A stretch of 64,000 nt of DNA from Candidatus Latescibacterota bacterium (GTDB lineage Bacteria > Latescibacterota > UBA2968 > GCA-2709665): the NCBI GenBank assembly GCA_963662665.2, contig CAXXJS010000010.1:160001-224000 (forward strand), given 5' to 3'. The translations under genes and the position numbers were made by a program. A model generated the notes under the pieces. It was given only the letters and a program-made list of their open reading frames with translations. It was not told where the DNA came from and ran no database searches. Shown one piece after another: positions 58,009 to 64,000 of this stretch (position 1 is its first letter; every line of letters begins with the position of its first letter).

Positions 58009-59010
58009 CTATTTCCACTTGAAAACAACACCCAGCGCGGCGCTCGGATCGTCGGCGAGCATCGTGTAGATTTCCTGGCACTGTTCCGGATCCGCGACGT
58101 GGGTGATGAGGTCTTCGACCGGCAATCTGCCCTCTCCCATCAGGCGCATCACCAGCCTGCGGTCCCGTTCTTTCGCCCACCGGTAGTAAATGTGGTCGGC
58201 CTCCGGCGTCTTGGGCTGGTGGGCGCCCAGGATGCTGACTTCCCTCAGGTGTACGTCGGCCAGGAAATCCATGTCGACGGTGCCGCGCGGCGAACCCAGC
58301 GCGACCACACGGCCTGCCGTGCATGCGATTCGGACGGCGGTGGGATATACCGCGGGTTTTCCGGTCGCTTCTATAACGACGTTGGCGCCGTCTTCCACGC
58401 AGTGTCGCCCGACGGCGTCCCGGACGTCGTCCACGGCGCCGGGGTTAATGCAGACGTCAATTCCGCGGCTTTGCGCCTTGCCCAGACGAAAGTCGTCCAG
58501 GTCCACCGCGATTACCGGCACGGCGCCGGAGAGTCCCGCGAGCGTCGACGCGAGTTGGCCGACAATCCCAAGGCCGATGACGACGACAACCTCGCCCAAT
58601 TCGATGCGCGCCACACGGATCCCGTGGATGGCGATAGCGCCCATGACCATGAAGGCGGCGGCTTCGGACGACACGGAATCAGGGACTATCTGGTGGAAGG
58701 ACCTGGGGCCGGAGAGAACGCAGTGGCTGGCGTGGTTTCCCTGCCCCGCGACACGGTCTCCCGGCCGAATGCCCTCAACGTCCTTGCCGACTTCCAGCAC
58801 GGTGCCGACGTTGCAATAGCCGGTGGGGCGGGGAAACCGTACCGGGTTTCCGGGTTCGCCGCCTCGGGTCCACCCGTGGATCTCGGTACCCACGCTGACT
58901 GCTGTGTACTCGTTTTCGAGAAGGATACCGTCATCCGGTACCGGACCCGTTTCGAACGACGCGACTTCCATCCGGCGAATATCCGGAACGAGGAGACGTC
59001 TGGCTTTCAT
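58009..59010 (-). CDS. MDR-family dehydrogenase (SxGTE type, zinc-ligand poor)
   Basis: VSVGTE, TGYCNVG, GLGIVG, VIEATG. Confidence 0.88.
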   Translation of the reverse strand: MKARRLLVPDIRRMEVASFETGPVPDDGILLENEYTAVSVGTEIHGWTRGGEPGNPVRFPRPTGYCNVGTVLEVGKDVEGIRPGDRVAGQGNHASHCVLSGPRSFHQIVPDSVSSEAAAFMVMGAIAIHGIRVARIELGEVVVVIGLGIVGQLASTLAGLSGAVPVIAVDLDDFRLGKAQSRGIDVCINPGAVDDVRDAVGRHCVEDGANVVIEATGKPAVYPTAVRIACTAGRVVALGSPRGTVDMDFLADVHLREVSILGAHQPKTPEADHIYYRWAKERDRRLVMRLMGEGRLPVEDLITHVADPEQCQEIYTMLADDPSAALGVVFKWK

Positions 59011-59099
59011 TTTCAAGTCCTTTCGAGTCGGTCGAAGGGGGCACAGGGAGCGGTTCGTTGAGATGGTCGCGGAATCCCTCGGGAAGTCCGGGATGGCCG

Positions 59100-60137
59100 C
59101 TACGCCTGCCGACAGTCCAGGGTGTCCCGGAAAAGTCGAAGGAAGTTGCCTCCCCACACCTTTCGGATTTCGTTTTCCGTGAGGCCGCGAGAAAGCATGG
59201 CACGGGTGAGGCGCACAAGCCTTGAGACGTCTCCGAAAACCGGTGTAACCGAACCCATGCCGTCGTAGTCGGAGCCGACGCCAACGTGGTCGATGCCGAC
59301 CAGGTCCGCCACGTGACAGATATGGTCGACCATTCGGTCCGCGGAAGAATTTTCAGGATCGATAAAGCCAGGGAGAAAGGCAATGCCCATCACCCCGCCG
59401 GCGGCGGCCAGCGCCCTGAGCTGATCGTCGGTCAGGCAGCGCCAGTGGTTGCATTCGGAGAAAACCGCGGTGTGGGTCATTGTCACCGGGAGTGAAGACT
59501 GTTCCAGCACCTGGTAGAAGGCTTTGTCGTTAATGTGAGCCAGGTCCGTGATGACGCCCAACCGGTTGCTTTCCTGGAGAACAGCTTTGCCGAAGTCCGT
59601 CAGCCCGCCGGCATTCCTGCGTTCACGTTCACGGTCGCCAGACGTGCATGGGCCGAATGGACTCCTGCTGCCCTGAAGGTAGGCCGGGTCGTCGCCGCCT
59701 TCGCCGTGGGTGATCCCGATGCAGCGCACACCCAGACGGTAGTAGAGGCCCAATACATCCATCTCGCCTTCCAGCCAACGCCCGGCGCCTTCTATTGTAA
59801 GCAGGATGCCGATCTTGCCGGCTTCTCTCGCCCGTTCAACGTCCCGTGACGAGAACACCAGCATCAGGTCCGCGGGATACCGCTCCACCGAGGCCAGGGT
59901 CTGCTCGAGGGTAACGCGGACGTTTGCCGTGGGGCCGTTGCCGACCACGAAGAAGCCGGCGTCGAACCCGCCTTCCTTCATCCGGGGAATGTCCATGTGA
60001 TACGCGAGGTCCCGTTTCTTCAGGTCCATCGGGCGATCCCCCCGGTGGACGTGCTCTACGGGCGTGTCGTTGTGGCCGTCGACGATAAGGCAGCGATCGT
60101 GGACCGCCTGCGCTTCTTCAAGAGTGATATCCGGCAT
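59100..60137 (-). CDS. membrane dipeptidase (peptidase M19)
   Basis: VDGHND, TIEG, GLTDFG, DLAH, HVGVGSDYDG, GGNFLR. Confidence 0.92.
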   Translation of the reverse strand: MPDITLEEAQAVHDRCLIVDGHNDTPVEHVHRGDRPMDLKKRDLAYHMDIPRMKEGGFDAGFFVVGNGPTANVRVTLEQTLASVERYPADLMLVFSSRDVERAREAGKIGILLTIEGAGRWLEGEMDVLGLYYRLGVRCIGITHGEGGDDPAYLQGSRSPFGPCTSGDRERERRNAGGLTDFGKAVLQESNRLGVITDLAHINDKAFYQVLEQSSLPVTMTHTAVFSECNHWRCLTDDQLRALAAAGGVMGIAFLPGFIDPENSSADRMVDHICHVADLVGIDHVGVGSDYDGMGSVTPVFGDVSRLVRLTRAMLSRGLTENEIRKVWGGNFLRLFRDTLDCRQA

Positions 60138-60203
60138 GTGAATTGTCCTCTGATGGGGGCGACAGTGCGCCCTTGTGGGTCGGAATGACGCTCTGAGTGT
60201 TGT

Positions 60204-61526
60204 CTAAGGTGGATCGACGGGTACTTTCTGGTTCTTGCGGACCAGCGGATCGTATGTAAATCCGTCAGACCGTTTCTCGAACTCCGCACGGGCCTTTTTC
60301 AGGTTCTCCGGGCCCCGGCAGAGGTCAACCGCGCTCCCCGCGAAGACCTTGGCGGTCTGCTGGATCGCGCGCTCGGCGAAAGGAAGGGCGGCCTGCGCGG
60401 CCATGTCCCGATGATGGCCGGGCGTTCCCTTTGCATAACAGACCATCTGAAAGCGTCCCAGAGGGGCCAGCCAGGAAACGTTGTCCTCGTCCGTCGATCC
60501 CCGGCCCTGCGAGCCGCTGCCCTTCGCGATCTTTGTATTGAACCCCTTTTTATAGCCGAGTGATTCAGCGTGCTTCCGGTCGGCTTCCGTGGGTTCGGGC
60601 GGTCCGAAGCGTTTCAGGTTCTTTCGGACAATCTCGCACATCGCCTTGTTGGGCAGACGCGGGTACACGGCGGTGATGCGCGACCACTTCATCTTCGTGT
60701 CCGTGGCCCTGGCGGCGCCCCGGGCGCAGGCGGTGAGTCGTTCACGCACTTCGTCGACCTGCTTCCGGTCCTTTCCCCGCACGAAGTACCAGATTTTGGC
60801 ATAGGCCGGCACCACGTTGGGGGCGTCGCCTCCGTTGCGAATGACGGAATGGATCCTGACGTTTTCGGGGACATGCTCCCGAAGATAGTTGGCTGCAATA
60901 TCCGTAAGCATCACCCCGTCCAGGGCGCTACGGCCCCGGTGAGCCGACGCGCCGTGGGCGGTGCGGCCGAAGAATTCGTAAACGACGGAGTCCAGCGACG
61001 ATCCGCCGAAATTGTTGACGCCCGAAGAATTTCCCGGATGCCAGGCGAGGCAGGCGTCCAGGTCCCGAAAAGCGCCGTCGCGGGCCATATACACTTTGCC
61101 CGCCAGCGTTTCCTCCGCCGGACAGCCGTAGTAGACGATTTTTCCCGATGTTCCGGTTGACTCGAGAATTTTCGCAGCGGCGACCGCACCCACGGCCGGG
61201 GCAACGCCCAGCAGGTTGTGGCCTCAGCCGTGACCCCATTGGCCTTCTTCGGGACCGCAGTTGGGCAGCGCGTCGTATTCCCCCAACATCCCCACCGCCG
61301 GATCCCCGACGCCCCGGGTTGCGCGAAATGCCGTTGGGATTTTCTTGAACGGAAATTCGACGTCGAAGTCCCTCGAGGCCAGGTAGTCCGCGATGGCCTT
61401 AGAGGACCTGACTTCACGGAAGGGCCGTTCCGCAAAGGCATGTACCTGCGTGGAAAGGTCCCTGGCGCGTTTCGACTCGGCAGCCACGGCGCGATTGACC
61501 AGGCTCTTTTTTTCTTTTGCGGTCAT
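60204..61526 (-). CDS. AbgB-like M20D amidohydrolase with in-frame TGA at codon 101 (candidate selenoprotein)
   Basis: EYDALP...GHG*GHNLLG...GCPAEE...WHP...GRSALD...GSTD in one frame; SECIS-like hairpin follows the TGA. Confidence 0.85.
61182..61223 (-). promoter_or_regulatory. putative bacterial SECIS element
   Basis: GGCCACAACCUGCUGGGC-GUU-GCCCCGGCCGUGGGUGCGGUC directly 3' of UGA; apical loop starts with GU at +19. Confidence 0.6.
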
Positions 61527-61554
61527 GGAACGTTCCCTTTGTGAAAAACGCCGG

Positions 61555-61584
61555 TTGACAGTTTTCGGGTCTTCCGGATAGAAT
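61555..61584 (+). promoter_or_regulatory. sigma70 promoter upstream of candidate ncRNA copy 2
   Basis: TTGACA-18 nt-TAGAAT; preceded by CCGG as in copy 1. Confidence 0.65.
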
Positions 61585-61640
61585 CGTCAGAGGTTCCGAT
61601 TCGACTTTCCCCTCGAGTCTACATACGGCGCATCTAGCCT

Positions 61641-61820
61641 TGATTCGTAATTCTTCGGGGAAGTAAAACCGAATATATGCAAGAAGATAAAGACGATTTG
61701 ACTTCGGATTACCAGGATACACCAGGTCACTGGACGTGATCTGAAAAAACGTCCTCTTTGACGACCGTTACGCCCCGTTTCAGGGGTTTTCGTCGCGTCG
61801 CCGAGTTGCTGTTTTTTTAG
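61641..61820 (+). ncRNA. candidate structured RNA (6S-like rod), copy 2
   Basis: 75% ungapped identity to 27141-27320; ends in a T7 run. Confidence 0.5.
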
Positions 61821-61828
61821 AATTGAGG

Positions 61829-62917
61829 CTAACGTCCAGCGACGGCATCAGCCACCGCATCGCCCACTTCGTACGTCCTGGCGGCGCCTCCCAGATCGAC
61901 CGGGTGGTTCTTCGGATTGTCCAGCGTTCGATCGACGGCGCGGTCAATCGTCTCGGAAGCCGCGACGGCTTCAGGATCGTTGTGACGCGCTCCCAGCCAG
62001 GACAGCATCATCCCGGCGGAAACGATCTGGGCCATGGGATTGGCGATGCCCTTCCCGGCTATGTCGGGGGCGGTACCGTGGGAAGGCTGGAAGACGCCGT
62101 AGCGGTCGCCTACGTCGGCCGAAGGCGCCATACCCATCCCGCCGATGGTTGCGGCGGCCAGGTCCGATATGATATCCCCGAACATATTTTCCGCAACGAC
62201 AACGTCGTACCAGGCCGGGTTGCGCAGCTGATACACGGTGAATGCATCCACGTAGGCATAATCCCGTTCGATTTCGGGATACGATTCGGCGATCTCGTCG
62301 TAGATCTGCCGGAAAAAAGCCATACTCTTCAGAATGTTGGCTTTGTCAACGGAGGTGACGCGGCTCCTGCCGTCTGCGGGCGCCCCCTTCCGTTGTTTCG
62401 CGATTTCAAAGGCGTACCGGACGATCCGTTCGGTACCGGCGCGGGTGATGACCATATTGTCCACTGCAAGGCTGTCGCCCAGGCGGACCCCGGCGCCGCG
62501 AGAGGCGTAGAGTCCTTCGGTATTCTCACGCAGGATGACGTAGTCGAGCGGCGGATTCCCATCGAGAAGCGGAGGCACACCGCGAAATTTCCTGATGGGT
62601 CTGATCCCGGCGTAAAGGTCGAGTTCGAAGCGCAGTGTCAGTTGCGGGGCGATTTCCGTGCCGTCGGGAAACCGGATATCGGGGTCGCCCGCGGAACCGA
62701 AGAGCACGGCGTCGGCCTGCTTGCACGCGTCGAGGGTGGGATCGGGCAGGTCATTACCGGTTTCGGCGTAACACCTTGCGCCTACCTGGTGTTCGGAAAA
62801 GGTGAACCGGAGACCGGGATGCGGCTCCTCGAGCGCCAGGAGGACTTTAAGCGCTTCCCCCACTACTTCCGGGCCGACGCCGTCTCCGGGGAGTACCGCG
62901 ATGTTATACGTTGGCAT
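61829..62917 (-). CDS. isocitrate/isopropylmalate/tartrate dehydrogenase family
   Basis: LPGDGVGPEV, RENTEGLY, DKANIL, NMFGDIISDL, HGTAPDIAGKG. Confidence 0.92.
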   Translation of the reverse strand: MPTYNIAVLPGDGVGPEVVGEALKVLLALEEPHPGLRFTFSEHQVGARCYAETGNDLPDPTLDACKQADAVLFGSAGDPDIRFPDGTEIAPQLTLRFELDLYAGIRPIRKFRGVPPLLDGNPPLDYVILRENTEGLYASRGAGVRLGDSLAVDNMVITRAGTERIVRYAFEIAKQRKGAPADGRSRVTSVDKANILKSMAFFRQIYDEIAESYPEIERDYAYVDAFTVYQLRNPAWYDVVVAENMFGDIISDLAAATIGGMGMAPSADVGDRYGVFQPSHGTAPDIAGKGIANPMAQIVSAGMMLSWLGARHNDPEAVAASETIDRAVDRTLDNPKNHPVDLGGAARTYEVGDAVADAVAGR

Positions 62918-62927
62918 GTACGTCCTT

Positions 62928-64000
62928 TCAAAAGATACGGAATCCGCCCTCGGATCTTACGCCGCGTTCCAGCATGTCCGGCTCGACGTCGAATCCCGCA
63001 CCGGGGGTATCGGGTACGATCAGCCTGCCGTTTCGCGTCTGCCATCCGTCAAGGACGATGCCCGGCATGTTTGCGGGAGCCGCCTCCAGGAGGCTGAAAT
63101 TGGGTATGGATGCGGCGAAGTGGGCGTGTGCGTAACGTTCGATAACACTCCCCCAGCAATGAGGGGCGCACTTCGCACCCCAGGGCTGGATCCGATCCGC
63201 GGTTGCTTTCCACCAGGTCAGACCCTTGAATCGGAAGTCGTGCTGAACAACGTCGATCCACCCCTTTTCGACCATATCGAAGAAGTCGGGCGGTGGCGGC
63301 CCGGATTCGCCGTCGGCCACGAGCGTATCGCACCCGCTTTGTTCGATGGCTTCCTTAAGGGCCTGGTTGAACGCCCGGTCTTCGGGAAACGGTTCTTCGA
63401 GCCAATAGATCTCCGCTCCCCCGCAGCGTTCGAGGATGCCCAGAGCGATGTTGAGCGTGGTACCGTTGTTGGCGTCAATGAGAATTTTTGCATCCGGTCC
63501 CGCTGCTTCCCGAACCGCGTGGATTACCAGAACGTCCCGGTCCGTTCCCTCCCGGACGGGCATCCAGCGCGCGCCGCGACCGATTTTTATTTTGAAATTG
63601 CGATAGCCGTGGCTGTGACCGGTCCGGACCTCTTCGTGAAAGATGCGCCGCGCCTGGTCGTCGTCGGCTCCGAGGTCGTCGATGTAGATGGAGCCGTCAT
63701 AGAGTTCCACTTCGCGGGCGCCGCGCGCGCCCAGAAGTTGATACAGAGGTGTCTCTTCACATCTGGCGGCAAGGTCCCACAGGGGCAGGTCGATGGCCGC
63801 GCCGGCCCCTCTTGAACCGCGGGGAAGCTCAAAGAAGTCCGATGGACGTTTGCCAAGCAGCGTCGCGGCACGCTCCCTGTCAAGCGATGACCAGCCGATA
63901 CCCACGGCGCCGCCGCCGGTGGAAATGCGCACAACCGGGTCGGTGACGGCACGGCCATGCGCGCCGATGCGGGCGTTACATCCGACGTTGCGCGGACGCT
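62928..64000 (-). CDS. mandelate racemase/enolase superfamily protein (5' end outside window)
   Basis: DLPLWDL, FKIKIG, IDAN, WLEEP, ADGE, APH. Confidence 0.88.
   Translation of the reverse strand, partial: RPRNVGCNARIGAHGRAVTDPVVRISTGGGAVGIGWSSLDRERAATLLGKRPSDFFELPRGSRGAGAAIDLPLWDLAARCEETPLYQLLGARGAREVELYDGSIYIDDLGADDDQARRIFHEEVRTGHSHGYRNFKIKIGRGARWMPVREGTDRDVLVIHAVREAAGPDAKILIDANNGTTLNIALGILERCGGAEIYWLEEPFPEDRAFNQALKEAIEQSGCDTLVADGESGPPPPDFFDMVEKGWIDVVQHDFRFKGLTWWKATADRIQPWGAKCAPHCWGSVIERYAHAHFAASIPNFSLLEAAPANMPGIVLDGWQTRNGRLIVPDTPGAGFDVEPDMLERGVRSEGGFRIF

Noticed and set aside
61194-61226. Frameshifted or split pseudogene explanation for the amidohydrolase
   Set aside because: Both parts are in the same frame with no indel; only the single TGA separates them. 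A nonsense mutation remains possible and is listed as the refuting case.
1-64000. CRISPR array, rRNA, prophage or transposase
   Set aside because: No regularly spaced direct repeats, cas, rRNA, phage or transposase signatures were seen.

Overview
This 64 kb window is GC-rich bacterial chromosome. The gene content (TPR-ExbB-ExbD-ExbD-TonB-TPR, PhyH, ceramidase-like and LamG proteins) suggests an FCB-group lineage such as Latescibacterota; that is inference only. Layout: (1) 0-11.5 kb, an aromatic amino acid super-operon (trpBA, chorismate mutase, DAHP synthase, tyrA, aroA-like, aroE, menG/ubiE, argS, aroK, aroB). (2) 11.5-30 kb, housekeeping genes (mnmA, comM/yifB, fabV, TonB/Exb, guaB) plus a low-GC hicBA-like islet. 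(3) 30-43 kb, uxaB, a truncated yigZ, a DegT/PhyH/creatininase cassette, tRNA-Thr(TGT), cysS, ddl, dedA, ispDF and queA. (4) 43-50.6 kb, dinG, an RSH gene, a lipoprotein and an RNB-like gene. (5) 50.6-64 kb, an orphan catabolic region. The top finding is an AbgB-like M20D amidohydrolase (60204-61526, minus strand) that the ORF track splits in two. It is one reading frame with an in-frame TGA exactly at the metal-ligand Cys of GHG[C]GHN, followed directly by a bacterial SECIS-like hairpin, so it is a candidate selenocysteine-containing amidohydrolase. Other highlights are a ~180 nt non-coding element present twice (75% ungapped identity by manual count, each copy with its own sigma70 promoter and a rod-like 6S-like fold), several intact but apparently inactive enzymes (AroA, RNase II, RSH synthetase domain), and a PhyH enzyme with a halogenase-type HxG motif. 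All calls come from manual motif reading; no searches were run.
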